NCBI GenBank assembly: GCA_937897625.1
Contig: CALCNZ010000107.1
Span: 12,511-76,510, forward strand
From: an uncultured Flavobacteriales bacterium
GTDB lineage: Bacteria; Bacteroidota; Bacteroidia; Flavobacteriales_D; Sanyastnellaceae
Direction: 5' to 3'
Length of the DNA stretch: 64,000 bases
Every line of letters begins with the position of its first letter. Position 1 is the stretch's first letter. The notes under the pieces were generated by a model. It was not told where the DNA came from. It saw only the letters and a list, made by a program, of their open reading frames with translations, and did no database searches. Below are positions 18,907-28,647 of this stretch, piece after piece. A program made the position numbers and the translations under genes.

Positions 18907-19506
18907 TCAAAGTGCTTCTATTTGCAACTGCTTGGGCAAAAGAGCGAAGGTCATGCGGTGGTGCTCACAAGCGCCGTATTCCGAGATTGCGGCGCGGTGT
19001 GCCTTCGTTGGGTATCCCATGCTTCTATCCCATTTGTAATGCGGAAATTTTTCATGCAGATTCAGCATGAATTCATCGCGATGTGTCTTCGCTAAAACAG
19101 ACGCCGCTGCAATATTTAGAAAGCGCGCATCGCCTTTAATCATGCAGGTATGGTCATATCCCTCCATTTCATAAAACCGATTTCCATCTACCAACAAATG
19201 CGACGGTTTCACCTTTAATTTTAATGTGGCTCGCTGCATTGCGGTAATCGAAGCGCGCAAAATATTTAACTCATCTATTTCCTTTGGTGAAACAAATTCT
19301 ACACTCCACGCAACAGCTTCCCGCTCAATAATACCGCGAAGCTCTTCACGATTCTTCTTGCTCATTTGCTTCGAGTCATTCAATAACGGATGCGAAAATC
19401 CTTCTGGAAGAATAACGGCGGAAGCAACTACGGGGCCAGCTAAACATCCTCTTCCGGCTTCATCTAAGCCCGCTTCGTTGAAATCTATGTGGAAGGGAAG
19501 CATCAC
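18907..19506 (-). CDS. rnhB: ribonuclease HII
   Basis: [19 protein letters not shown] and DSKQMS motifs. Confidence 0.93.
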   Translation of the reverse strand: MMLPFHIDFNEAGLDEAGRGCLAGPVVASAVILPEGFSHPLLNDSKQMSKKNREELRGIIEREAVAWSVEFVSPKEIDELNILRASITAMQRATLKLKVKPSHLLVDGNRFYEMEGYDHTCMIKGDARFLNIAAASVLAKTHRDEFMLNLHEKFPHYKWDRSMGYPTKAHRAAISEYGACEHHRMTFALLPKQLQIEAL

Positions 19507-20543
19507 TCGCGTTTGATTTTTTTTGTCGAGCCATCGCTCATGCGAACAACGTAAATGCCGCTTGATAATTCGCTTTTTTCAACCACTCTTCCTTGCAAAT
19601 CGTAATACGCAACAGGAATAATTTTCTCTGATGTTGTTAAGCCATCAATACCCATTGGTGGCATTGTTATGTTTGAGAAGAAATTCCATATTTCCTGACT
19701 TCCGTCGAAATCTTGACATGTGGCACCTGTAACAGTTAAAGGTGTTGTGCCAGGCCAAGTATGTCCTCCTCCAGAAATTTCAACATACCAATTGTCGTGC
19801 TCTACACAACCAGAATAGATAGTCTTGCTCGCGGAACACAGATCAAACAAATTCGTATTCGCTATATTATTTGTTGAAAGAGACGTACAACCATCTTCTG
19901 TTTTCCAAAAGTTTAATGTTTCTGCAACGCTCGTTAACACGCCAAAGGTGGGATATTGGCCAGGTGAACCGTCGAATGGGACTACTGGATCTAATGTTCC
20001 GTGAATATGAAAAACAGGTACTGGCCTTGTTGGATTGATATTCTGAATCATAACTTCGGTCATGGTTCCAGCAACAGAAGCTATGGCTGCGAATCTCTCT
20101 GATAACTGACCCGCCAAGGCATAGCTAAAAATACCACCATTCGAAAAACCACAAGAATAAACACGCTGAAAATCTACCGCCTCAGTAGCTAAAAGAAAAT
20201 CTAACAGTGCGCTAATATATCCAATGTCATCAACATCTGTCGGATCTTGCCAAGCGTTCCAATGATTAATTCCGTTGGCATCGGGCAATCCTTGCGGATA
20301 AACAACATAAAACTTTGCAGCTTCTGCAACTGTATTCATCTCTGAGTAATTCATCTGAAAACTCATATTGTTCGTATATCCGTGAAAGTTAAAAACTAGC
20401 GGTCTTGGACCAATTGGCATATTCGACGGTGTATACAAAATGTACTCCCGTGAGGTCCCATTGTAATCGAACGAAAACGTGGTTTGCGATTTTCCTGTTT
20501 GAAGGAAGAATAGGAGCATGAGAGTTAACAATGAAGTACGCAT
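19503..20543 (-). CDS. secreted PHB-depolymerase-family esterase (alpha/beta hydrolase) with a T9SS type A C-terminal domain
   Basis: The ORF extends to 20576, but the ATG at 20543 starts the signal peptide MRTSLLTLMLLFFLQ. Nucleophile elbow GFSNGG and HIHGTLDPVVPF are present. The C-terminus YYDLQGRVVEKSELSSGIYVVRMSDGS is CTD-like. Confidence 0.75.
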   Translation of the reverse strand: MRTSLLTLMLLFFLQTGKSQTTFSFDYNGTSREYILYTPSNMPIGPRPLVFNFHGYTNNMSFQMNYSEMNTVAEAAKFYVVYPQGLPDANGINHWNAWQDPTDVDDIGYISALLDFLLATEAVDFQRVYSCGFSNGGIFSYALAGQLSERFAAIASVAGTMTEVMIQNINPTRPVPVFHIHGTLDPVVPFDGSPGQYPTFGVLTSVAETLNFWKTEDGCTSLSTNNIANTNLFDLCSASKTIYSGCVEHDNWYVEISGGGHTWPGTTPLTVTGATCQDFDGSQEIWNFFSNITMPPMGIDGLTTSEKIIPVAYYDLQGRVVEKSELSSGIYVVRMSDGSTKKIKRE

Positions 20544-20600
20544 AGTCAAAAATAAAAAAGGGTCGGCCGAAGCCAACCCTTTTCAAAGAGTATTTTTCAA

Positions 20601-21506
20601 TTAATTATCTGCAAGTGTGAACTTAATCGGAATGGTCAAGAATACACGTTGAGAAACCCCGTTTTGTTTTCCAGGATTGAACTTGCCTAATTTCTTACAA
20701 GCTCCCAATGCTTCTCTGTCTAGTCCTTTTCCACCTTCTACACCGCGTGTTACAGTAAAGTTCGTTGGTGTTCCATCTTTCTCTACAACGAAGTTCACGA
20801 ATACAGTACCTTCAATGTTCTGAGATTTTTCTTGCTCAGGATAGGTAATGTTGCTGTATAAGAAATCATACAATGCTTTCTCTCCACCCGGATAAGCCGG
20901 CATCTCCTGAACGAACTGCAATGGAGCATCTACCTTGTCTTTTTTATCATCGACTGGGGTGTAAGTCATGGCGTCTGAAGGACCCATAGGACCGTCTTCT
21001 CCTTCCGTAGTTTCGTCTGCAATCTTTTCATCTTTCAATTTATCTTGAGAAGGTGGAGGTGTCTCAACGTTCTCTTCAATAACGATAGATGTAAATTGAA
21101 TTTGACGCACACTTGGTGGTGGCGGTGGCGGTGGTGGCGGTGGTGGTGGCGGTGGTGGCGGCTCGTTCGGATCCGTTGGTGGCGGCGCAATCATTTCTGC
21201 GTTCATTTCCACCTTCACCTCTTTTTCCTTCTTTTCGCCTTTGGCTAAAATGACTGGCGTGATTAACGCTCCAGATACCAAGAAAATACCGGAAAACACT
21301 GCAATAGCTAACACGCCGCCGTACATAGAACGAATTCTATAAGCCCCGTAAGCTTTGTTTTTGTTTTCAAATACCTGCTCGTTACGATCTGAAGCCATAA
21401 TGCTATTCCAGCCCGCTTCAAAGCCTAGGAACGTAACCACAGCTGCTGCTGTAGCTACAGCCACCAAGTCTGAGTGGTTGCTAAGAAAATCAGTTACTGC
21501 TGACAT
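20601..21506 (-). CDS. tonB: energy transducer TonB
   Basis: N-terminal transmembrane segment, a KE-rich region, a Pro-rich spacer with 16 consecutive Pro, and a C-terminal TonB domain (YPGGEKALYDFLYSNITYP...GTVFVNFVVEKDG). Confidence 0.88.
   Translation of the reverse strand: MSAVTDFLSNHSDLVAVATAAAVVTFLGFEAGWNSIMASDRNEQVFENKNKAYGAYRIRSMYGGVLAIAVFSGIFLVSGALITPVILAKGEKKEKEVKVEMNAEMIAPPPTDPNEPPPPPPPPPPPPPPPPSVRQIQFTSIVIEENVETPPPSQDKLKDEKIADETTEGEDGPMGPSDAMTYTPVDDKKDKVDAPLQFVQEMPAYPGGEKALYDFLYSNITYPEQEKSQNIEGTVFVNFVVEKDGTPTNFTVTRGVEGGKGLDREALGACKKLGKFNPGKQNGVSQRVFLTIPIKFTLADN
21114..21161. repeat. simple-sequence tract (TGG/CGG)x16 encoding poly-proline inside tonB
   Basis: Sixteen consecutive CCA/CCG codons on the minus strand. 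Confidence 0.95.
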
Positions 21507-21553
21507 AATGGTTTGCTTTTATAATGTGCAGTACAGGCCTACACATCAATCGT

Positions 21554-22225
21554 TCATTTCAATTTTAACTCTGCTACTTTTTCTGGTGAAAGGAAAAGCA
21601 ATGCTTCACGCGCTTCCATGTCCATGATTGCACGCTTCTTCACACTAGTAATGTTCAATTCATCAATTGCATTAACAACATTCTTCCACTTAGTGGTAGG
21701 AATTGTTTTTACAATTACGAAAGGTGCAAGAGAATCGTTAGAAGCTTCCGCAATCAACTCTTTGAAGCGAGCGTTTATTTTCTCGTCTTCATCGTGTGAA
21801 CCGCTCTTCTGTAATTCTGCTCTTTGTTGATCTTTCAAAGCGTTTACCTGCTCTACTACTCGCTTATTTCTTTCTAGTAGCATTACACGTAAACCATCTT
21901 TAGAAAAATCTGACGGCTCCAATTTTGTGGTGTCTTTTCTGAATTTTCCATGGTAATAGAAAATTTGATCGTCTGTTTCACCCACAATAATCGTTGTTGC
22001 CAAATCGTCGTCCAATTTGGTTTGATCATCTTTATTTTCTACCTCTTTCGGATAGACAATCTCCAAAGTCTTTGGTTTGCTCAGTGAGGTTGCCAAGATG
22101 AAGAAGGTCAAGAGAAGGAACGCCAAGTCAACCATCGGCGTCATATCCATGCGCACCGGGCTCTTCTTGGGTCTCTTTTTACCGCCTTTGTCGTGGCCTC
22201 CACCACCTTCTATTATTTCTGCCAT
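21554..22225 (-). CDS. exbD: biopolymer transporter ExbD (long form)
   Basis: The N-terminus MDMTPMVDLAFLLLTFFI is the canonical ExbD/TolR transmembrane segment. It sits inside the exbB-exbD-exbD-tonB cluster. Confidence 0.85.
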   Translation of the reverse strand: MAEIIEGGGGHDKGGKKRPKKSPVRMDMTPMVDLAFLLLTFFILATSLSKPKTLEIVYPKEVENKDDQTKLDDDLATTIIVGETDDQIFYYHGKFRKDTTKLEPSDFSKDGLRVMLLERNKRVVEQVNALKDQQRAELQKSGSHDEDEKINARFKELIAEASNDSLAPFVIVKTIPTTKWKNVVNAIDELNITSVKKRAIMDMEAREALLFLSPEKVAELKLK

Positions 22226-22250
22226 AACATGTTTGTTCTATACGGTTGCA

Positions 22251-22907
22251 TTATTTGGAACCAGATTCCAAAGTAGTCACCATGTTAAATTGGAAAATAT
22301 TCTTGTCGCGGAACACATCAATTACTTGCTCTACCTTTTCGTAGTCTGTTGTTCCGTCTGCTTTAATTGCGTAACGTAACGCTTTATCGCCTTTGATGTC
22401 CTTAGGTTCTAAACCATGTTTTTCGGCATCGGCCATAAAGGCTTCGTAACCACTCTGAATCCAATCTCCCAATTCACCATTAATAGAATCGGTAGGGATA
22501 CCAGGGGTTTGTGCGTCAAGTGCTGCTCTTGTTTTTTCGTCGGCACTTAAGTACTGACTTAGATTGTTCAACGGCATACCGCACATACCTAACAAAGCGA
22601 ATTTTCGCGCCTCATCTTCGGTAAGTTTTAATTCCGGATGTCTTTGAACCATTCGTGATAACATTTCTCTACGAATGTCCTTACCCGCAAGGTCGAAGAA
22701 AACTCTTCCCTTATCGTCAACTGTAATCTGCATTACTTTCTCTGGCAACAACAATTCAGATGTTGCAGAGGGAACGTCAACAATTACAGGTTCATTCGGA
22801 CGGAACTTCGCGGTGAGGATAAAGAATGTTACCAACAAGAAACCAAGGTCAACCATCGGCGTCATATCCAAACTTGGAGCGCTTTTGGGCATCTTGATTT
22901 TCGACAT
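22251..22907 (-). CDS. exbD: biopolymer transporter ExbD (second paralogue)
   Basis: LDMTPMVDLGFLLVTFFIL matches the ExbD signature. Confidence 0.85.
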   Translation of the reverse strand: MSKIKMPKSAPSLDMTPMVDLGFLLVTFFILTAKFRPNEPVIVDVPSATSELLLPEKVMQITVDDKGRVFFDLAGKDIRREMLSRMVQRHPELKLTEDEARKFALLGMCGMPLNNLSQYLSADEKTRAALDAQTPGIPTDSINGELGDWIQSGYEAFMADAEKHGLEPKDIKGDKALRYAIKADGTTDYEKVEQVIDVFRDKNIFQFNMVTTLESGSK

Positions 22908-22942
22908 ATTCTTAAATATTAATAATTAAGTAAAAACTTGAA

Positions 22943-23764
22943 TTAGTGCTTTGAAGCAAATGTTTGAGTAACTGTGAAGTTAGCTTCATCCATTGCGAAT
23001 GTCATGCTATCAATACGTGTATTGAAGAAGTTGTAAAGGATAATTGCAATTGCAGATGCCATGATACCCAAGAACGTGTTGATCAAGGCTTCAGAAATAC
23101 CTAATGAAAGTGCAGTTGCATCTGGAGCTCCAGCAGTTGCCATAGCTTCGAAAGATGAAATCATACCCTTTACTGTTCCTAAAAGTCCAACAAGTACTCC
23201 TAAAGATCCGCAAGTAGATAGGATAACCAAGTTCTTAGACAACATAGGTAACTCTAAAGCTGTAGCTTCTTCCAACTCTTGCTTAATTGCAGTTACTTTC
23301 GCTTCTTTGTCTAATTCTGTGTTTTCAGACATGTCGCGGTATTTCAAAAGACCTGCACGCAATACAGCTGCTACAGAACCTCTTTGCTTGTCGCAAGCTG
23401 CAAGTGCCCCGTTAACATCTCCATTAGCCAACATCTTACGAACGTTGTGAACAAATGTAGAAACGCTACCTTTTCCTTTAGCCATCATAATGCTAATGAA
23501 ACGCTCAATGAAGAAAATAATTACAATCAAGTTAACCGCGATAAGAATAGGTACAATGAATCCACCTTTGTGAACAGTTCCTAATACGTTTAATGGGTGA
23601 CCTTTTACAGGGTCTCCACCTTCGAAGTTTGCAGTGTCACCCAATACAAAGGTGAATAATGCCCATCCGGTTAACAAAGCAATTGGAATTGCGATGTAAG
23701 GAAAAATTGAACTGAAGTTAAAGCCGTTTTCTTGCTTAACTGTAGGACTTGCTTTTTTGTTCAT
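22943..23764 (-). CDS. exbB: MotA/TolQ/ExbB proton channel family protein
   Basis: Polytopic protein with the C-terminal conserved region LGLLGTVKGMISSF...GISEALINTFLGI. Confidence 0.88.
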   Translation of the reverse strand: MNKKASPTVKQENGFNFSSIFPYIAIPIALLTGWALFTFVLGDTANFEGGDPVKGHPLNVLGTVHKGGFIVPILIAVNLIVIIFFIERFISIMMAKGKGSVSTFVHNVRKMLANGDVNGALAACDKQRGSVAAVLRAGLLKYRDMSENTELDKEAKVTAIKQELEEATALELPMLSKNLVILSTCGSLGVLVGLLGTVKGMISSFEAMATAGAPDATALSLGISEALINTFLGIMASAIAIILYNFFNTRIDSMTFAMDEANFTVTQTFASKH

Positions 23765-23958
23765 GACTGTTAAATTAATTTTCTGTTTTTATTCGGGCAA
23801 CGAAAATAAGGAAGTTTGTTCAATTTTGAACACCGCTTCGAAATCTTCATCTTTCGTTAACGTTTCACAAGAATAACGATTCAACCTTTCAATATTTGAA
23901 AGGATATATTTTCGGTCGGAATTCTTATGATTAAGGCAGCCTTTTCCAAAGGAACGGC

Positions 23959-24825
23959 TTAGTACATCTGATGCAATTTCGCTCGAACGAAACGGCTTAC
24001 TGTGATATAAGTACTGAAAACACCTACCACTACACTCAGTGAAATAAGCAGAATACCCAACTTCCAGAACCCACCACCATCGAGCAATATCTGAATAATG
24101 TCTGTAAGCGATTGCTGGTTGAAATATAAAATCAATGATATAGAAAGCCACGCTATGGTTGAAGAAAGGATGGCGTTCTTCAGGCTCTGCCATAAAAACG
24201 GACGTTTAATAAACCACGGTGTTGCGCCCACCAACTGCATGCTGCGGATGATTAGTCGCTGAGAAGAAATTGCCAATTCAACCGTATTCATAATAATGAA
24301 GGCTGAAATAATCAAGAATAAAATCACAATGCCACCAATGATAGCGCCCCATTTCGAGATGTTCTCGTTCACCGATTGAAGTAGCGTTTTCTCGTAACCA
24401 ACATCTTTTATTAGTGGATTCAGTTTACAAGATTCTACAAAGGCATCTACGGTAGGACCATCGGCCTTTTCCGGATTAATCTGAACATCTATCGATGCGG
24501 GAAGCGGGTTGTATCCGAGCACTTGAACGAAGTCTTCTCCAATTTCCTTGCTGTATTCGGCTTCGGCCTGCTCGCTTGAAGTATAAGAAACCTGGGAGGC
24601 GATGCCGCCTCCCTCGATTTCCTTTTTAAAACTTAATATTTGTTCTTCGCTCACGCCTTCATTCAATAACAATTGCACGGTAAACTGCGATCGAATGTGA
24701 TCTGAAACCTGCAACGCCACCAAATAGAATACTAAGAATATTCCAACCATTAGCAACACCAACGTAGATCCTGCAAATGCAGAGATTCGCGATATGCTGC
24801 TGGCTGAAGTACGAACGAATTGCAT
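23959..24825 (-). CDS. ftsX: FtsX-like permease (cell division protein FtsX family)
   Basis: Topology of one transmembrane segment, a periplasmic loop, then three transmembrane segments. Length is ~290 aa. The sequence IRSMQLVGATPWFIKRPF is typical. Confidence 0.8.
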   Translation of the reverse strand: MQFVRTSASSISRISAFAGSTLVLLMVGIFLVFYLVALQVSDHIRSQFTVQLLLNEGVSEEQILSFKKEIEGGGIASQVSYTSSEQAEAEYSKEIGEDFVQVLGYNPLPASIDVQINPEKADGPTVDAFVESCKLNPLIKDVGYEKTLLQSVNENISKWGAIIGGIVILFLIISAFIIMNTVELAISSQRLIIRSMQLVGATPWFIKRPFLWQSLKNAILSSTIAWLSISLILYFNQQSLTDIIQILLDGGGFWKLGILLISLSVVVGVFSTYITVSRFVRAKLHQMY

Positions 24826-24829
24826 ATGC

Positions 24830-25276
24830 TTACGAAACAGAAACCACGTGCCCTTTGAAGAATAAATTCTCTCCAGCTAAGGGATGATTAAAGTCTATTA
24901 CCACAGAGTTCAACTTAACTTCTTCAACAACACCTTGAACCTGATGTCCTTCTGGTGTTTGCATTGGAATAACTTCTCCTACAGCGAACAACTCTTCATC
25001 GAATTCGCCATCCTCTTCCATGAAATCACTTTTAGGAAACTCCATGTAATACTCTTCCTGCTCATCTCCGTATGCTTCTGCGCAAGGAATGCTAATGCGA
25101 AACTCGTCGCCTGCATTCAATCCCGCTAACCCTTTTTCAAACCCCTCAATCATTGGATCAACCTTGAACGTGAATTTCATTGGTCCCTGTTCCAAGGTAG
25201 ATTCTACCATTTCTCCGTTTTCATCGTCGATGAAAAGTTCGTAATTCACCTCTACGGTGGCTCCTTCTTTTATCAT
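24830..25276 (-). CDS. slyD: FKBP-type peptidyl-prolyl cis-trans isomerase (SlyD-like)
   Basis: The motifs VEVNYEL, GFEKGLAGLNAGDEF and DFNHPLAGENLFF indicate a SlyD-type FKBP with an insert-in-flap region. Confidence 0.85.
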   Translation of the reverse strand: MIKEGATVEVNYELFIDDENGEMVESTLEQGPMKFTFKVDPMIEGFEKGLAGLNAGDEFRISIPCAEAYGDEQEEYYMEFPKSDFMEEDGEFDEELFAVGEVIPMQTPEGHQVQGVVEEVKLNSVVIDFNHPLAGENLFFKGHVVSVS

Positions 25277-26853
25277 TTCTTTTTGATTTTAATTTTCTGT
25301 CCTATTTGTATTTTGTTCGGGGTTAGCCCCTTGTTTAATTTCACAATTGAATCTACAGATACGTGATTTTTCGAAGCAATACTGGAAAGGCTATCTCCAG
25401 ATTTCACAGTATAATAAATAAACTCTTCCTTTGGCGCCGCTGGCTTCGGGGGTGTTGGCTTTGGATCCTCTGCCGGCGTAACAACCTTCGGCGTGCTCGT
25501 AGCGGTAGTGTCTTCCGGCTCGGTAACTTTTGGAATCGTAATGGTCTTCTTAACCTTGACTTTTACTTTTAAGTTCTGACCCGCTTTTAAAGACGATGAT
25601 TTCAGCTTGTTCCACTTCTTAATGTCTGAAGATGTAACGCCGTATTTTGTTGATACGCTTTTCAAGGTTTCACCTTTCTTTACTTTGTGCGTCTTCCACT
25701 GGTCTTCCCAGATAATTTTAGTTGTCTCACCAGCGCCGCCCTCAGTTGATGCGGTGTCTGGAATAACAACTTCTGGCTCTGGTTTCTTAACCTCGCTCGC
25801 TAAATAAATTTCTTTTTCATGAGCCAAGAAATCGCCCACCTTTTCAACCGGCAACATCAAGTAATGTTGTTTCCCATTGTCTGGAATTTCTTTCAATTTA
25901 TAGGTGCCGTTCAAATACGTAATCTCTTCAATCGGAAGATTAATACTTTTCGAAACCACTTCGAAATCTACACGTGCAGTCACGTGAATGGTGTCTGTTT
26001 CGAAATAAGACATAGACGCCTTCTTCGCAAAGATGTTGTGCTCCGTAGAGTAGTTCATGATGTAATTCACCGCAATAAATGCAGGGACATATCCTTGTGT
26101 TTCTTTTGGAAGGAACTGCTTGATGGCCCAAAAATCTTTCTTTCCGTTTGCACGACGTATAGCTTTATTCACGTTACCAGGACCGCTGTTGTAAGCAGCT
26201 AAAGCAAGATTCCAATCGCCGAAAGTGTTGTATAAAAAACGCAAGTATTTGCAAGCTGCTTCGGTTTCTTTAATTGGATCGAAACGTTCGTCTTGGTAAC
26301 TCGTAATGTCTAAGCCATACATCTTTCCGGTTCCAGGCATGAACTGCCATAAACCCGCTGCACCCGCTCTAGAAATAGCAGTCGGATTCAACGCAGATTC
26401 CACAATGGCCAAATATTTCAATTCAAGTGGAATGTTATATTTCGCAAGTGCGTCTTCAATCAGTGGAAAATACAATTGTGAGAGACCTAAGACTTTCGCA
26501 GTTACATCTCTTCTTCTAACCGAATAAAGCGCTATGAAATCGCGCACATTTTCATTGTAGATTAAATCAAACGGACTTTCTCTGTCCAAGACTTTCATGC
26601 GCTCACGCGTTAGGTCTTCCGGAAAAGAAGGGATTAAATCGGCTGGATAATCGTATGCGTTTTGAATGTCGGGATCTGAGGAAAAACAAAAGTGATTCAA
26701 ATAACTCGCTACAAGCATTCTATCAATTTCGTCAATCTCTTCTTTCTTCAATCCCGCCACCTGACGATCTTGTAGCGTGTCTTTTGGAATATCGAAGGCC
26801 AATACGCTCCAAAACGAAAGCACGCCCAGTAATGCTGCAACTAATTTTTTCAT
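25273..26853 (-). CDS. lytic transglycosylase (SLT domain) with two C-terminal LysM domains, MltD-like
   Basis: Signal peptide. SLT motif AIVESALNPTAISRAGAAGLWQFMPGTG. Two LysM repeats (HKVKKGETLKSVSTKYGV... and YTVKSGDSLSSIASKNHV...). Confidence 0.88.
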   Translation of the reverse strand: MKKLVAALLGVLSFWSVLAFDIPKDTLQDRQVAGLKKEEIDEIDRMLVASYLNHFCFSSDPDIQNAYDYPADLIPSFPEDLTRERMKVLDRESPFDLIYNENVRDFIALYSVRRRDVTAKVLGLSQLYFPLIEDALAKYNIPLELKYLAIVESALNPTAISRAGAAGLWQFMPGTGKMYGLDITSYQDERFDPIKETEAACKYLRFLYNTFGDWNLALAAYNSGPGNVNKAIRRANGKKDFWAIKQFLPKETQGYVPAFIAVNYIMNYSTEHNIFAKKASMSYFETDTIHVTARVDFEVVSKSINLPIEEITYLNGTYKLKEIPDNGKQHYLMLPVEKVGDFLAHEKEIYLASEVKKPEPEVVIPDTASTEGGAGETTKIIWEDQWKTHKVKKGETLKSVSTKYGVTSSDIKKWNKLKSSSLKAGQNLKVKVKVKKTITIPKVTEPEDTTATSTPKVVTPAEDPKPTPPKPAAPKEEFIYYTVKSGDSLSSIASKNHVSVDSIVKLNKGLTPNKIQIGQKIKIKKK

Positions 26854-26997
26854 GATTTCCCTTTATAAATAGGGCAACAAGGTTTTAAGCCGTTTATTGC
26901 CCTTTCATTTCGGATACAATTTCCGAAAAAAATGCATTATTTCCAATCTTGGAAAAACACAATTGTGAACACTCTGTTAGGGAAAAACTCGCCAAAC

Positions 26998-28416
26998 CTA
27001 CGATAACAAGGCTTCTAGCGATTTTGAAAACGCGAACAAATCGTTGTCCTCCTTGTGGCGAGCAGTAACTTGAATACCGAAAGGTAAACCCGTAGTGGAT
27101 TCTTTTCCACATGGAATAGAAATCGCTGGATTACCTGTAAGGTTCGCGTGAACCGTAAAGATGTCCTGCATGTACATGGAAATCGGATCCTTCGATTTAG
27201 CACCAAACTCAAAGGCAACATCGGTACACGTTGGGGAAAGTAAAAAATCGTATTGATCGAAAATAGCTTTCGTCTTTTCCTGCAACACACGTCGAACGCG
27301 CTGTCCTGTTCCGTAATAAGCGTCTATGTATCCTGAACTCAAAACGAAAGAGCCCAACAAAATTCTTCGCTTCACTTCACGACCAAAGCCTTCTGTTCTG
27401 CTTTTTCTGTAGGTGTCGTCAATGCCCTTCGCTTCTTTGCTTCTGTATCCATAGTTAATGCCATCGAAACGCGCTAAGTTGGAAGAGGCTTCCGCTGTGG
27501 TCAGCACGTAATACGCGGGAACCATATAATCTAAATACGGAAACGATATCGGTTCAACGGTGTAACCTTCAGACTTCAATTTATCTAAAATTGAGTTGAT
27601 GCGTTCACGAATTTCCGGATGAACAGCTTCGCTTTCAACTGCCTCTTTCAAATAGGCAATCTTAGGCTTCTCTTCTTTGGAAACCGCACCAGGCAAAGCT
27701 TCCAACAGTGTAGTGCTGTCGTAAGCGTCTGGTCCACCAATCACTTTCAACAAAAGTTCAGCGTCTTCGATACTCTTAGTCATAGGACCAATCTGATCGA
27801 AACTCGAAGCGTAAGCTATGAGTCCGTATCTGGAAACCGCACCGTACGTGGGCTTCATGCCTACGATACCTGTGAAAGAAGCGGGCTGACGAATAGATCC
27901 TCCTGTGTCACTTCCCAAAGCGGCAAGGCATAAATCAGCAGCAACAGCCGCAGATGCGCCGCCCGAAGAACCACCAGGAACACAATTTTCATTCAGCGGG
28001 TTCTTCACCGCGCCGTAGTATGATGTTTCGTTGGAAGAACCCATTGCGAACTCGTCGCAATTCAATCTTCCAATGATAATGGCGTCTTCCGCTAATATTC
28101 GTTCTACAACGGTTGCACTGTATAACGATTCAAATCCTTCGAGGATTTTTGAAGATGCCGAAACTTTATGATTTTTATAACAGATGTTATCCTTAATGGC
28201 AATCACCATTCCCGCAAGTTTCCCTGCAGTTCCATTGTCTATTTTTTGTTGAATTTCTTCCGCTTGAACAAGGGCTTCATTGCCCCAAACTTCAAGAAAC
28301 GCATTCAAATTCTTGCGCGCTTCAATGTTCTGAAGGTAGTGTGAAACAACGTTTTTTAACGTAATGGATTTTGAGGAAAGCTCGGTCTGAACTTCCTTCA
28401 AGGAATGAAACACCAT
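26998..28416 (-). CDS. gatA: Asp-tRNA(Asn)/Glu-tRNA(Gln) amidotransferase subunit A
   Basis: Amidase signature GGSSGGASAAVAA...GSDTGGSIRQPA. Length and termini are typical of GatA. Confidence 0.93.
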   Translation of the reverse strand: MVFHSLKEVQTELSSKSITLKNVVSHYLQNIEARKNLNAFLEVWGNEALVQAEEIQQKIDNGTAGKLAGMVIAIKDNICYKNHKVSASSKILEGFESLYSATVVERILAEDAIIIGRLNCDEFAMGSSNETSYYGAVKNPLNENCVPGGSSGGASAAVAADLCLAALGSDTGGSIRQPASFTGIVGMKPTYGAVSRYGLIAYASSFDQIGPMTKSIEDAELLLKVIGGPDAYDSTTLLEALPGAVSKEEKPKIAYLKEAVESEAVHPEIRERINSILDKLKSEGYTVEPISFPYLDYMVPAYYVLTTAEASSNLARFDGINYGYRSKEAKGIDDTYRKSRTEGFGREVKRRILLGSFVLSSGYIDAYYGTGQRVRRVLQEKTKAIFDQYDFLLSPTCTDVAFEFGAKSKDPISMYMQDIFTVHANLTGNPAISIPCGKESTTGLPFGIQVTARHKEDNDLFAFSKSLEALLS

Positions 28417-28428
28417 TGGAAATAGATG

Positions 28429-28605
28429 TTATTTATTCTCGATCTTGTCTGATTCAGAAGAAGATCCTTCGCCTTTGCTAGCGTCTTTGAATTCCTTCAT
28501 TCCTTTTCCTAGACCACGCATCAATTCTGGAATTTTCTTACCTCCGAAAAGAAGAAGAACGACTGCAAGAATCAATATTATCTCGGTTGTACCTAGCTTA
28601 CCCAT
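28429..28605 (-). CDS. tatA: twin-arginine translocase TatA/TatE family subunit (58 aa; not in the ORF track)
   Basis: Manual reverse translation gives [58 protein letters not shown]. It has the canonical TatA transmembrane segment, the FG hinge and an amphipathic helix. Confidence 0.88.
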   Translation of the reverse strand: MGKLGTTEIILILAVVLLLFGGKKIPELMRGLGKGMKEFKDASKGEGSSSESDKIENK

Positions 28606-28647
28606 AAACTTGTTTTTTAGTTCGACAAATATACTACAATCGCAAGG

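Noticed and set aside
21045-21248. An ORF encoding a W/R-rich peptide (WWWRWRWWRWWW...).
   Set aside because: It is simply the reverse-complement reading of the poly-proline tract of tonB.
20601-23764. The exbB-exbD-exbD-tonB cluster with two long ExbD paralogues.
   Set aside because: This four-gene arrangement with duplicated, extended ExbD proteins is, to my knowledge, the usual Bacteroidota Ton system layout.
23789-24193. A 134-aa minus-strand ORF spanning the ftsX 3' end and the 194-bp gap before exbB.
   Set aside because: It overlaps ftsX out of frame and has no Met within the intergenic part. The gap more likely holds the ftsX terminator-like hairpin CCTTTCAA-ATA-TTGAAAGG (23884-23902) and the exbB promoter.
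26854-26997. The hairpin TTTCGGA-TACAATT-TCCGAAA (about 26909-26929) in the gatA / lytic transglycosylase gap, considered as a possible terminator.
   Set aside because: The A-run follows the stem on the plus strand, so on the minus (coding) strand the T-run precedes the stem rather than following it. That orientation does not fit an intrinsic terminator for gatA.
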